The position numbers were made by a program, and so were the translations under genes. A DNA stretch of 64,000 nt from Callorhinchus milii (Eukaryota). The notes under the pieces were generated by a model, which worked only from the letters and a program-made list of their open reading frames with translations, was not told where the DNA came from and searched no databases. Below, piece by piece: positions 11,896 through 24,454 of the stretch. The stretch spans positions 9,860,001 to 9,924,000 of the forward strand of contig NW_024704742.1 of assembly GCF_018977255.1 (NCBI RefSeq), written 5' to 3'. Within the stretch, counting starts at the first letter, position 1. The number at the start of each line of letters is the position of its first letter.

Positions 11896-14047
11896 CTCAT
11901 GACTAAAAAACCTTTTTTAGGCTGGGAATCAGGCTCCGTCATTGTTAAGAGCTCTGAGAAGCTACCTTGCGTGGAAGGTGCTATATAAATTCAAGTCATT
12001 GTTGGTGTTGTCTTTGACTTTCTGCATGGCGGTATATTTTCCTTCATGTCACGTCTAAGCAACAGAAGAATCCCGTGGTGTATTGCAGATTGTGAGAAAT
12101 ACCTAGAAGTCATGGGACACATCTCAACTTATCGTACTCTTGGGATCAATTCAAACATAATTGTAATCTGCTTCTAGTTTAGAGTTTAGCTGGTGCATCG
12201 TTAAAAGGGGCAAAAACAAATCAATTGCAGGCACTCGCCTCCAAATCATGCAGTCACTACAACAATATAGTGTTCTATATAGCATCCTCCACGCAAGGTA
12301 GCGTCTCAGAACGTTTAACAGTCATGGAGGCTAACACTACACTTTTCAGTACATCCTGTTTGAGACATCCTCCCGACATGAAAGGTGCTACGTCAAATGT
12401 AAGGATTATTGTTTTATATCATTAATAAGAAACATTTGCAAATAAGACTTATATTATAAACAGGCCAATAATGATTCAGTCATTTTTTTGCAAAGTAGCC
12501 AATGTGATTAGGGCAGCTCAATGCACAGCTATGCAAAACACTACTGTCAGATCCAATCATTCAATTGGCTCTAAGCTTCTCAAGGAGTCTGTAGCACAAA
12601 GGCGATTTTTTAAAAAAATTAAAATTTCAACTCATTAGAGCACCAGGAAGCATTAAGGACTGGATGAACTTGGTTGCCCAATGTTCGTGTCTGTGGACTG
12701 ATAAAACAGATGGCCAGTTCTTAATTTGGACCCAAACTCAAAGACAGATTGTACAAGCTGTTTTCAAGTCTGGTGTGACTCCAAATCAGTCGGAGTTAGT
12801 GAGGTGAGCAGTTTGCTGTTGGCTGGTATCATAACAGCTTGATAATTCTCAGCAAAGCAGGCTGGCGTTCCACAGGCAGCCAGTAGCATTTTACCGAGGG
12901 CTGGGGGAAGGTTTTGAAGGGGAGGAAAATTAAAAGTGACCAACAAAAGCTAGATAAAAAGGACCTGCAAGGGTCGGTCCATGAAAGAATGACACAAGCC
13001 CATAACAAAGAGTTTTGTGAGGCTTTGAGAATTTTCAATCAACCACATTTTAGTTATGGAGGGAACCAGTGGGCCCACAGGACAGTTTTGGTCAGTAAGT
13101 GGAGATTTTTAAACCTAGAAGAGGAACTTCTCACCAGGATTAACTGGAAGTCATATTAGCTCTAGCGCTAAATAGCAATAGTGGTAAAATACGAGCATGT
13201 GTTCCATCCCTCCCCTCTCTCTCTCTTTTCCATCCCACTCTTTTTGCTCACAAATAGCCATTAAATGATACCATCTTAGCAGAGTGGTGTGATCACCTCC
13301 AGCCCAAGTACACAATGGCTATCACACACTACAGTTGGTGCACTCAGTTGCTTTAAGAATTCCACTCAGTGGCACTTGTGAATTTCAGCTGAAGCCCTCT
13401 GAATGCAAGCCATGCTGATTAATGGTTGTGCACCAAGAACCATTGGTGGTGCAATTTGCTAATGCTCCAGATTACCCCCATCTCAGACTGGCCACAATTA
13501 TATAATTTTTCCATGCACTGCACATAAAGGCCATCCTTTTCTTTACATTGCCCAGTGAGCTGTGTTTAATTGGTGAGAATGCATCTTAGCCGGTAGCTAC
13601 TGCATCCATTAGAGCATCCTGCTTCCATCTGGATCATCATCTGGTGACTATCACTTATTGTGTTTATTGACAGGTTGCTTAGTGTACTGCCCAGTTTTGC
13701 TATGCACTTTCCAAACTGTTAGTTTCTACAAAGTAAATCTAGTTACTTGTTGGTGTCCACACTAACACTCTGGGGAGGAGAGGATTTGAGGGTAAGACGA
13801 GGCCAGCGGAATGAAGTCCACATTTCACCTGAGGAATATACAGGATTGAAAAAGATCATCTGGCCCAAAATGCAAATAAAATGCTGAAAATAACAAAGAG
13901 TGCTACACTACATCTTCACATCAGTGGTTGTAAAAATGTGGAACATGCTGCCTCAGGAGGCTATAGAGGTGCAATCAATTGCGATATTTAAATGGGAGAT
14001 ACTTAGATACTTGGAAAACAAAGGGGACTGAGGGGTATGGGGAAAGC

Positions 14048-14462
14048 CTGGCTCAATAGGGTAGCATTGTTGCTTCTGAGTTAGAAGGTTTTGGGTTCAA
14101 GACCCACGTCAGGACTTGGGACCATATAGTTTATGCTGATTCTCCAATGCAAGGCTGAAGGTGTGCTGCATTGTCGGAGATGCTGTTATTCTGCTGATAC
14201 ATTAAACCAAGGAGGCTGTAGAGGTCTGCCTGCACGTTCCCATGGCACAATTTGAAAAGAGAAGGGAGTTTCTCCCAGTGTCCTGGCCAACAATCCCCCA
14301 AATAAAATTAGTTGTTTGTTGGACATTGCTATGTGCAAATTGGCCACCTTGTTCGCCCTCCAAAAAAAAAGTCACTCCACTTTACGTTATATCCTGTGAA
14401 GTGCTTTGAACATCCTTCTGACATGAAAGGTACTATTGCAAATGTAAAGATTATTATTATTA
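14048..14462 (+). mobile_element. Older SacSINE1/AmnSINE1-like DeuSINE, inserted in a CR1 3' fragment (~13905-14550)
   Basis: Head gtagca..tgcttctgagttagaaggt..gggttcaag, body gctgcattgtcggagatgc, Deu core and L2-type tail. Related copies at ~9408-9700(-), 21218-21610(-), 25420-25665(-), 29520-29775(+), 34430-34770(+), 62330-62850(-). Confidence 0.75.
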
Positions 14463-14599
14463 AAAGGTAGGGAATGGGATTCAAAGATGTGCCCTGATCT
14501 CAGGTTGCACAGACCGAATGCATCCTTCTGCTGCTAGGATTCCATCTCTCACAAGGCTCAATTGAATACTTGATACTGCAAAAGCAAGTATTTTGATAT

Positions 14600-14730
14600 T
14601 GCAAAATACTGCAGATGCCGGAAATCTGAAATAAAAACAGAACTCGTTGGGAACACTCAGCAGGTCAGGCAGCATCTATGGAGAAAGGAAAGTGAGTCAA
14701 TGTTTTGGGTCCACGACCCTTTGTCAAAGC
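14600..14730 (-). mobile_element. Penelope-like element terminal fragment with decayed hammerhead core
   Basis: caaaatactgcagatgccggaaatctgaaataaaaacaga...cagcaggtcaggcagcatct is a repeat end I recall from cartilaginous fish. A second copy in opposite orientation lies at 24455-24583. Confidence 0.6.
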
Positions 14731-15668
14731 TCTCTAACTCCCTCTTGAATTTGCTGCCACAATCTGCTTCCATTGCTTCCTTCAGCATTCTATTCCACAT
14801 CAGTCCAGGTCTTCATGTAAAAGTATTTGAATCTGACCAATCTGTTCACTTCTGAGCTCAAGTCCTTGCCCCAGTTGTAGATTTTATGACAATCTTCTGA
14901 AGGAAAGCTCAGAAAAGACTTCCTGATTTGTAAAGTCAATTGAGCAAAGTGTATATATATTCTTCCATCCCGATTATCTGGTTATCCCATATTCTGTATT
15001 TCCTACCATCCACTCACTCAGCCCAACCAGTAACATTAGTAACTGAGGGACTAAAGTTCCATTAGTTCTGCAGGTCAGGAAAAATCCACTGTGGAATAAT
15101 TATTGTATGGATAACATTTGAAAAATAAGTGCAAATTATTTTACAAGAGGAAGTAATATTAATCCGTACATTTGATATAGTGCCGTATCACATCATTTTA
15201 CTGTGAATGTAGTGACTGTCTATTTTGTAGACAATCTCAGCAGCCAATTTGTGCCCAGCAATCAACCCACAAATAGCCATGAAGTGAATGGCCAGTTTTA
15301 TCTGGATGATAGTTGGCCAGGACACCAGGAGAAACTCTCTTGTCTTAAGTGCTCTGAGACGCCGTCCGGCGTGAAGGGCGCTATATAAATGCAAGTTGTT
15401 GTTATTGTTAAGTAACCTCCTTCCAGTGAAAATCTCTGAGCTCTCAAAACAGTGATGTCTGAAAGTACAGAAGAGTCATCAGCAAAGAATTCTGTACATC
15501 ACCATGGAGCTTTCCATAGCAACAGAACCGTGTAATTTGTGCAAGGTTTAGGCGTTCTCAATTTAGGTTATTTTTAAAGCCTAGAAGTATAAAACGTTTT
15601 CACACATTACAATGACTGGACAAATCTGAAATATCTGTGTTGTGTTTGTGGCACAGTAAAGTTTTACT

Positions 15669-15932
15669 TCAGTTCAGGCGAAGGAAATGTGGAATGGAGT
15701 TCCAAAGGGTGGGGGCAGAGAGGCTGAAGGTCCGGCCACCGACGATGGGGCGGGGGAAGTGGAGCAGGCCAGAGCCCACTGAGCGGAGTGAGTGGACAGG
15801 TTGATATGGGGTCAGCAGGTCACAGAGGTAGGAAGGAGCAAAGCTGTGGAGGGCCTTGAAGGCGAGGACGAGGATTTTGAACTCTATCCTCTGGTGCATG
15901 GGAGACAGTGGAGCCGGGCGAGGGTGGGGGTT
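15669..15932 (-). mobile_element. L2 LINE fragment
   Basis: [32 protein letters not shown]...GGRTFSLSAPTLWNSIP. Confidence 0.88.
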
Positions 15933-17169
15933 TTGGTAATGCTTACATTTGATATAGCACCTTATCACATCTTCAAGACGTCTCAAAGTGCAGCACAGTA
16001 CATACTGTAAAGTGGAGTGACTGTGTATTTTCTAGGCGAAACACAGCAGACAATTGCTCACAGCAGTGTCCCACAATCAATCGTGGATTGAATGACCACA
16101 ATATTTTTTTTAGAGAGAGGGATCTACCAATCGACTGACAACCAAGTTCATACTTATTGTTAGGTAATGGCCCTCACTGGTATCTCTTCCACCCCTCCCC
16201 CCACATGAAGGACTTTGTCTTCTTAATTCTCCTGCCAGGGAACCATTCCATGGGTCAAAAGCACTTCTGTTATCTTGCCCAAAGGACCTTTATTCACATG
16301 TTTGGTGTAGGCTGTTATTTTCCTCTTGACTTTGGGTAAGTTACTCCATGTGCTTCTGTTTACCTAGCAGTAAGTAGGAACTTGGTTGTAAATCGATTGG
16401 CAGATTGCTTTTCCGGGGATAATAATCCCATCAAAATAAATTTAAAGAATAAAATAATAATTTGGTTACTCAATCCACAAGTGTTTGTGGGACACTGCTG
16501 TGCGCAATTGGCTGCCGCGTTTCGCCCACAAAATATACAGTCAATTTACTTTACAGTATATTCTATGAAGTGCTTTGAAAGAATACCAGGTAAGCGGTCA
16601 CTAAGGATATCGGCACCATCACAGACTGCTCTGGCTTTAAAATCTTTTATTGTTCTTTGACTTTGTACATTTGAGCCTCTGTGTTATGTACGTAGATGGA
16701 ATGATGCACTGCAACATACTTTCAATGCAAAAAACAATCTATTTATTAACGTGTTCGGAGGTCATGGCACACATGCCAATGATAATAGGCTCCTGGGTTG
16801 TCCCCTCATGAACATCTTCTGGTTGTTGTTTAAGTGTTCCTATTAAATGCTCACCTGGTTCAAGGAGCAATATCATCGGTTGGTGCTGAGTGTGTATTCA
16901 ACTGCAGACTTGTGGGGAATCGGAAGCCCAGCTACTCATGTCTATGACTAACCCTGATGGTCCTAATAAGCAGGAGGGGTCCTTTGTGCTGTTGGCTCCA
17001 ACAGTGTGTTTGGACCCATCATTTCTTGTGCTACTTGGCAGCCAAAACCATTGCACTCGCAAGTGCCAACCAGGCTCCTGTACTCATGCCACAGGAAAAG
17101 GCATCTCCTCAAGACCCATTGATCTATTCAAGCACAACACACTGGCTTCTCTGAGGTTTGGGAATCCAT

Positions 17170-17402
17170 CCTTACTGCATGCGCTGGAATGCTCTGTGGA
17201 ACAGGTTCTCTAGAGACAGTTGAAGCAGGAAGTGTTGATTCCTTCAAACACAGAGTAGATAGTTTTCTTTTTGGAAATAACATTATGGGATATAGTACAT
17301 AGGTAGTTTGGGACATATGTACATGCGACCGCCAGGAAGGTGGAAGGCAGACTAGATGGACCTTGGTCTTTTTTTCGTCTAACATTTCTTGTGTTCTTAT
17401 GT
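17170..17402 (+). mobile_element. CR1 3' end fragment
   Basis: tggaatgctctg...gttgaagcaggaagtgttgattccttcaaa...ctagatggacc...tttcttgtgttcttatgtt. Confidence 0.7.
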
Positions 17403-19760
17403 TTTTAATGTTCAAGAGAATTGAATCTGACCATGGGATCTTGACCCAACATCTCCATAGCAACAGTGGGAACCTTCATGAGAGATCCTTCTACTTAGCA
17501 CATGTTCTGCAATGAACTCTCCATAGCTGGTGATACTGGTGCCAAATGCTCTTTGGGAGGCTGGGCTGCCCAATGAGGGTCAAATACCTCCACCTATACC
17601 CAGGCCACTTTTTAGATAATGTTACCAATGCCTCTACTACATTAGCTTTGTACACTGCCTGCCCCTGTTTGAAAGCAGAAAGCCCACTGAGCTCTCCATT
17701 CCCATCTAAAAGGAGCATTCCGCCTGCCGGACCTTCTCCTTTTCCGATCATGGCTGATTCCCCTTCTGACACCCTGTACCTTCACACAACAGTTAAACCT
17801 CCCACAGTGAGTGAGTGCATCTGAGCCATTGTTTGCTCCAAATATGGTTGGGGATGACTGATGCTCTGCTGTGAAATGATCCTGTGTTGTGGGACGAGGC
17901 CCATCAGGATCCCCCTTGTTCTTTCTGTAAACAGAGCACATGGAACGTCAATGGTCACATATCCAGTGACGTTATTCCTATCCCACAATCCCTCCGCCTC
18001 TCTTGCCTCCTTCTAGTGCCGCCTAAGACCTTCCTCTTCAACCATGCCTTCACCCACAAAAACACAGTCAATTCACTCTACAGTATATTCTGTGAAGCAC
18101 TTTGAGACATCTCAAAAATGTGATAAGGCGCTATATCAAATGCAAGGATTATTATTATTCTTTCAACAAATAAATAGAAGTGAGTGGAATATTGAATTGG
18201 GTCCATGAAATATCCTTTACTCACACTTTTGTCATATATTCATGGGAATTTGCTTTATATTGCTGTCTTCGTATTTATTACTCTGCTTACCTAATACATT
18301 AATCTGGAAAAATGCTTTATTCAATGAGGAGTTGCACTTAGCAGATGTCAGTAGCGCTGGTCAGAACAAACTGCATCCAGTTTACCTACAAGTCGCTATT
18401 CTCGACTCCTTGACACATTTTCAGCCCTTATTATTTCCCTGTCAATATATATTTTAAGCACAGAGCAGTTGCAACTCAACTATCTCCAATATGCAATCAT
18501 AACTGCCAGTCTCCCTGCTGTACAAGAATAATAACCCTTTACCTTGGTCAAATTCCAGGTACGCAGCCTCTTTCAAACCTCCTGTCAGGTGTTCCGAACA
18601 GCAGGGATAGCAACGACACCATTTTCTTCCCACACTTCCTGCTCTGACTGTGTGTGAGGAGGAGGTGGATGGGGGCGGGGGGGGGGAGGCGGAGAGAAAG
18701 AGAAGTACAGTTCCTCCCCTGTACAAATCTACTGGCTTTTCTCCATCCATGTCTTCTCAAGGTCTTGGGAGGGCATCTTGAGAAAATCATCCTTTTAGCT
18801 ATTTTCTCTCAAAATGGCATGCCCGAAAGCCTGGATTAACGAAGTTTCAAGTCGAAAAGCCTAAATTGGTTCACATAAGTACTTCAGCAGTGAAATACTT
18901 ATATAAGGCGTCTCCTCATTTTCGCAATTGGCTGCCACGTTTCGCCCACAAAATATACAGTCAATTCACTTTGCCGTATATTCTGTGAAGCGCTTTGAGA
19001 TGTGTAGAAGACATGATAAGATGCTGTATCAAATGCAAGGATTATTATTATTATTATTATATTGAACCTTCCCCACCTGCACTCGGGGTGGTAGGCCAGA
19101 ATGTGTAACCAGCCCAAAACACCTTTGAAATCCTGTACATTCCTATGTTTCTATGTCACTGCAGTTTCCATTACAAGTACAGTGTGCGAATGTGAGCTCA
19201 GAAAAAAAAATCATAAAACAGGCTTTCTGCCTGACATCAAACAATAGCTTTTATGAGTCACTGAACAACAACAACAGAGCCAAGATGGTACATTTGGTTT
19301 ACTCCTCTGAAGTTAGGAATGCCAGCACATCCTCAGATTAGCGTAAGCAGTGTTGCTTTCTCTATGATCCATCTGACGTTTGATCTAGAATCAGCTGATC
19401 GCATAACTCTCCCAATGTTTGCCACTCCTTAGCGCATGCAGAGAAGACTACACTACAGCACCCACCCGCTAGTCCGCAACCAATTTAATCAGCACCAGAA
19501 AGAAATGGAAATAATTTGAAACATGACAACATGCTCATTTGTAACAATGAATTGTAAACGCTGATTAGCATATTAACATGCTTTGTACTTTCCACAGAAG
19601 AGGAGACCAGACGGATTTTTAGATGCATTGTAAATGGGTTAATACCACAACTAAACCATCTTTTGTATTTCCGCCAACCTCCAAAGACTTTAACAGGAGG
19701 AAGGCTTAAGGAGATTCAATCCCACAGACACTAACAGACACAAGCCTCCAAGATACTTAC

Positions 19761-19804
19761 ATTGCCCATTCCAGCTTTTCATTTTTGATCGAGTTGTACA
19801 GCGG
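19761..19804 (-). CDS. PSD3: PSD3 exon (44 nt), end of Sec7 domain: PLYNSIKNEKLEWA(I)
   Basis: tgtttgtcttgcag acceptor and gtaagt donor. LYNSIKNEKLEWA family motif. This reading frame is not shown in the ORF track. Confidence 0.95.
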
Positions 19805-22228
19805 CTGCAAGACAAACAGAAGCAGCCATTTAGACACGTTTGTTTTTTTGAGGAGCTATCAGTTACCTCCATGCTGTAGCAGGACACGCTCAATTAATGC
19901 AAGGCCGTGCATGATAAAACAGAGCCCTTTGAGTAAGCTGGATGGTGAAGGGTGTAAAGCTACAGACGCCTGTGGCACAATCACCCTGCGCGCAATTGAT
20001 GATTGCTGCCACTGTAATGGTTACTCAAATGCCGACAAATATTTTTCACCACATGTCAGTTCTGCACCCCTGATGTAGCAACTATTTAGCTTATCACAGC
20101 AAATCCCAGAAATCAAACTTACTGATTAAGTAATGCTCTTTGCCCTAGGATTTCTATTTTACTTGAAAAAAAATAAGAGATTGAAAAATATACAGAAACC
20201 ATTTGTTTTAGAAACACAGCATGAAAGAAACTGGAGAGGAGGCATGATGATGAGGTTTATTTTGAAAGCAATAATAATATTTTGGCAGTCCAGCAGTTGG
20301 TACCCTCCATTGTAATGCTTCAAATTTTGAGGATCTTTGCAGGAGAGCCACATTATTATACTTCCCGTATAATGGGATGGAAGTGAACAGACTACTTCAC
20401 TGAATCAATTCCAATCAGCATTGGAATTGAGAAGTAAAGACTTGACTTTCACTTTAAGCTATTGGTGAATGCAAATTCATTCACCAACTGCCAAAGCATA
20501 GCATTTGATACAGCATCTGTGATCATCCGGACTTTGAAGCAGGAGAATCACCCGCATAATATCAATATCAATAATAATCCTTGCATCTGATATAACGTCT
20601 TATCATGTAACTGAAACATCTCAAGGTGTTTCACAGGTATAATGTGAAGTATAATGATTGTGTATTTTGTAGGTGTAAATGTTAAAATAATTACATTTTG
20701 TTAACTCAAATAATCAAACCTCAGCTTAGGATACCAGTTATATGTAAAGTAAATATATTTTTATATACTTGACTTTTCGTTATTCTGCAACCTTAAAACA
20801 ATGTCACAATTTGGAGTAAATTTGAGTGCTCCGAGACTACCCCAGCTTTTTAACTCAAACTGTTGTAAATTTCTCTATGGTGATCTCCCTGGTTTAAACA
20901 GCACTTGTGCTAATTCTACACAGTTTTAATTGAGACAAATGTCAATTAGATTGTTGTGATGGTAAAACACCAAAGCCAAGATTCAACAACTCTTTTTTTC
21001 CCCTCCCTCACCTCACCCCTCCATCATCTCCTCCCCTCCCTCTTTCAGTTAGACTCATGTACAACCAAATATTCCTGGAGATTAATCTTGTAGGTCAGGA
21101 CACATACTGGAGCTCGAGCAGTGAAAATAATAAAACAGAAGCATGGTTACTTTATTGTTTTTCTTCTTTACCACATTCATCTTTATTGCTGCCCAGATAC
21201 TACCCTCCCTATAATGTAATAATAGTCTTTGTATTTGATATAGTGCCGTATATCATCAAGACGTCTCAAAGGGCTTCAGAGATACATCATGTGTAGTATA
21301 GCAACTGTGCATATTGTATGAGAACGTAACAGCCAATTTGCACACAGCAATGTCTCACAAAAGCCACCAAGTGAATAACCAATTTTATTCGGGGGATTGT
21401 TGGTCAAGATCCCAGTAGAAACTCCCTTCTTTCTCTTGAATATGGGAATCATGGGATCTTTAACGTCCACCCAAACAGGCACACCCGTCATCAGTTTAAA
21501 GTCTCACCTCCAACAAAGCAGCGCTGCATTGGAGTTTCAGCCTCGACTGAGGTTGAAGTCCCAACTTGGGGCTTGAAGCCTTCTGGATCAGAGATGAGTG
21601 CTTAACATCTATATATTGCAGTATTGACATCATGCTCCCACATTGTTGTACAGATACCATGCTGTATCTGGGAAGCAATGCTGTTTACAAGCGGTAAAGG
21701 CATTTCAATGCTATCAGTGAGCAAATTCTGTAAAACGGTTTACAGAAAACAGACCTTCACCTAAAAGCACACAGACAAAAACCTTTTTAATAGACACAAA
21801 AATGTATTTACAAAAAAAATGTATCCTCATCTGAGCCCACGATAAAATAATTGCTCACTGTAGACACAATCGAAGGATTCAAAGCAAATCTGTGTTCGGC
21901 AGTTCTGTGGAATAGACACATTATCGGGATATTTCTTTTTGGGGGGGGTGGTGGGGGAGAGTTGGGAGAACCGGCACAAAAAGGAACCTCAATCCACTAG
22001 TGAGGAGAACCAGTTCTTTAAAAATAAGATGCCATTATAAAGTATGTGCTAGTACTGCAATCATTGCACATCCAGAACTGTCGACAACCTTCTCTGTAAT
22101 AAACAGCAATGCGTTTTAAGACGCTTTGCCCACCCTGCAGTTACAATTATATTCCTTTTGCTGTTACAAATTCTAAAAGCACTGCATCCTCCTCTACCCA
22201 CGCAAAATAAAAGCCCTTAAATGTATCA

Positions 22229-22290
22229 GTTATTTTTCTCTCCGAGCTACATGGTTCTGCTCAACGAAAGGAAGTTAAGCTGCCTCTCTC
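22229..22290. repeat. 62-bp direct repeat, copy 1 (copy 2 at 23359-23420)
   Basis: gttatttttctctccgagctacatggttctgctcaacgaaaggaagtta...gcctctctc aligns by eye with copy 2 with few differences. Confidence 0.85.
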
Positions 22291-22568
22291 AGTGTGTTTT
22301 TTTTGCTTAAATTGGTCCCAGCCATGGGTTACGAAAATAAAAAAGCCAAATTCTTGAGAAGCTCTTTTTATTGTATTACAGCAAAGGAGAAAAGCTTAGC
22401 TAAATAATACAGATCACCAGCAATACAGCAAGCAACACTGAAAACCCCTGCACAGCAATACAAACAGTGCATGTCGTGTTCCTATCACAGCAGATAATGC
22501 ATAACACGAACAAACACACACACACACGAGCTGTTTCTCATGGCTAAGCTGATATTTATCATTTTTAC

Positions 22569-22736
22569 CTTGCTTTTTGGAGGGTGTGGAGCTGCAAACT
22601 CAGTGGAATAAGAGGTTTTCAGTGACTTTGACCGGCGAGGGTGGTACCTCAATGCATCTTCCCGTCCGTATCTCATTGATCCACCGGTCCGCACTCGGAC
22701 TTTGCTGGCACTCTGTACACTGTTCACACCGATCAT
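22569..22736 (-). CDS. PSD3: Putative alternative first coding exon of a short, Sec7-less PSD3 isoform: MIGVNSVQSASKVRVRTGGSMRYGREDALRYHPRRSKSLKTSYSTEFAAPHPPKSK
   Basis: ATG (ggacATG), exactly 56 codons, then AAG|gtaaaa donor in phase 0, matching the 19804 acceptor. CpG-retaining, repeat-free context. From memory, a MIGVNS-type N-terminus resembles short EFA6 isoforms (unverified). Confidence 0.78.
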
Positions 22737-23162
22737 GTCCGAAAAGGCACTTGCTAAATCTCAGTCTCCCTCTGGATCAAAGGCCTGAGACTGCACTGAC
22801 ACTGCCTAAATCTGAAGTGCAGCAATCAGCATTTGATCAAGATGCATTAGGCGACCACGGGAGTCTTCAGCTTCAAAAGCAGAGAGCCTGCCTTTGCTGG
22901 CGACTTGCAATCCTGTTTTGATTCGGAATGATCATTTCAGGACAGGCTCACAATCGGGGGTTCTAAGTCACTACAGGGGTAAAAAAAATCTCCCCTGAAT
23001 GGATGGAGCCAATGGCAAAAGGCCAGACAGACAATTCATTTACATTCTAAATAGCAACACGACTGCTCTACCGATGTTGGAATGCAAGCTTATTAAAAAG
23101 GTAGGCAATGAGAAGCCACAAATAAAAGCAGAGAACTGCCTGCCAGCTATATGTCGCGAGGC

Positions 23163-23255
23163 AAATTGAGCCTGGATTACGAAAGGGCGTGTACATATAT
23201 AAGCAGCACCAACGCTCGAATCAAATGTGAGCATTCTGCACACACCGTTTATTGG
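23163..23255 (-). promoter_or_regulatory. Putative internal Pol II promoter for the short isoform (CCAAT box, TATA box, Inr)
   Basis: On the minus strand: CCAAT 23255-23251, TATATATG (fits TATAWAWR) 23201-23194, TCAATTT (fits YYANWYY) 23169-23163. About 430 nt upstream of the ATG at 22736. Confidence 0.5.
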
Positions 23256-23358
23256 CAGATTTTTGGTCCTTTTTACTCGCGCCCCATTACAGAGAGAGCT
23301 GCTGACAGAAAGCATCAGTATGGATCACAAAGATTGATGTCCGTGTCAATTTCAGATT

Positions 23359-23420
23359 GTTATTTTTCTCTCTGAGCTGCACGGGTTCTGCTCAACAAAA
23401 GGTAGTTAGCCTCTCTCTCT
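23359..23420. repeat. 62-bp direct repeat, copy 2
   Basis: gttatttttctctctgagctgcacgggttctgctcaacaaaaggtagttagcctctctc. Confidence 0.85.
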
Positions 23421-24139
23421 CTTGGTTTAGGCATTGTCGTCACTTGTCTAAAGGATTCTCACGATAACGTGATTTTTCTTGCACCGCAAGTTTCAGATCT
23501 TGCCACTTTATTTAACAGCAACTTTCATGCTTCAAGTTTTTATGTACCTGTATGTGTATATATATAAAACTGATGCATGATATGAATATATAACATTCGC
23601 ACCCAATAATATATCAATCATGAATACTTATAGATGTGTACACACATACTATATAATTTACATTATGTTATTTGTACTATACGTAAACAATACACCCAAA
23701 CACTTGGAGCCTATATTTTAAATGCCTAAAATTCGATAATTCTTGCATGCTCAAAAACTCCGCACCTCTGGTTTTAAAACAAAAGTCCATAATTTCTCTT
23801 CTTCAGTAACTGCAAGCCTACAATTAAAGGGCCAACACTAAACATTATGACTCCCATTAAAAATCAAGCCATTACAAGAATTACAATGAATATGATTCTC
23901 TCACCCCCCCCTCCATACACCCCACCCCCAATTAGTGATCAAATGATGGTGATCAGGTAATGATTTAAAGGATCTGCTCATTCCAACAGTGCAGGAGCAT
24001 TAAATTAACATGAGATACCAGTATTAACGCAGGGTGCTTCAGCTTCTGCTGTGTGCATTTTAATTCATTACCTTCACACCATAAGCTCAGTAGCTGCCCC
24101 GAGCTATTGTCTGCACATCATCAGTAGTCAGCAGTTCAA

Positions 24140-24362
24140 CTGGAAATCTGGAACTCTCTCCCCCAAAAGGCTGTGGATGCTGGATCCATTCCCATCTTCA
24201 AGACTGAGGTGGGTAGATATTGTTAGGTCAGGGTATTAACGGATACGGGGCAAAGGCGGATAATTGGACTTGAGGTACGGATCAGCCATGATCTTATAGA
24301 ATGGCAGAGCAGGATTGAAGGGCTGAATGGCCTACTCCTGTTTCTATGTTGCTATGTTTCTA
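24140..24362 (+). mobile_element. CR1 3' end fragment
   Basis: tggaactctctcccccaaaaggctgtggatgc...gatcagccatgatct...gggctgaatggcctactcctg. Confidence 0.85.
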
Positions 24363-24454
24363 ACAAAGCGTAATTCTAATAAAACATTCAACAGAAGTTA
24401 CAAACGGAAAGAAAAATTCAAAGGGACGTCAAAAGTTGATACAAATTGTATTTG

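Noticed and set aside
16690..17990. GC-balanced unique stretch with several 70-110 aa ORFs on both strands
   Set aside because: No recognisable domain or consistent splice pattern, and it is interrupted by a CR1 end. Probably a very old unclassified element.
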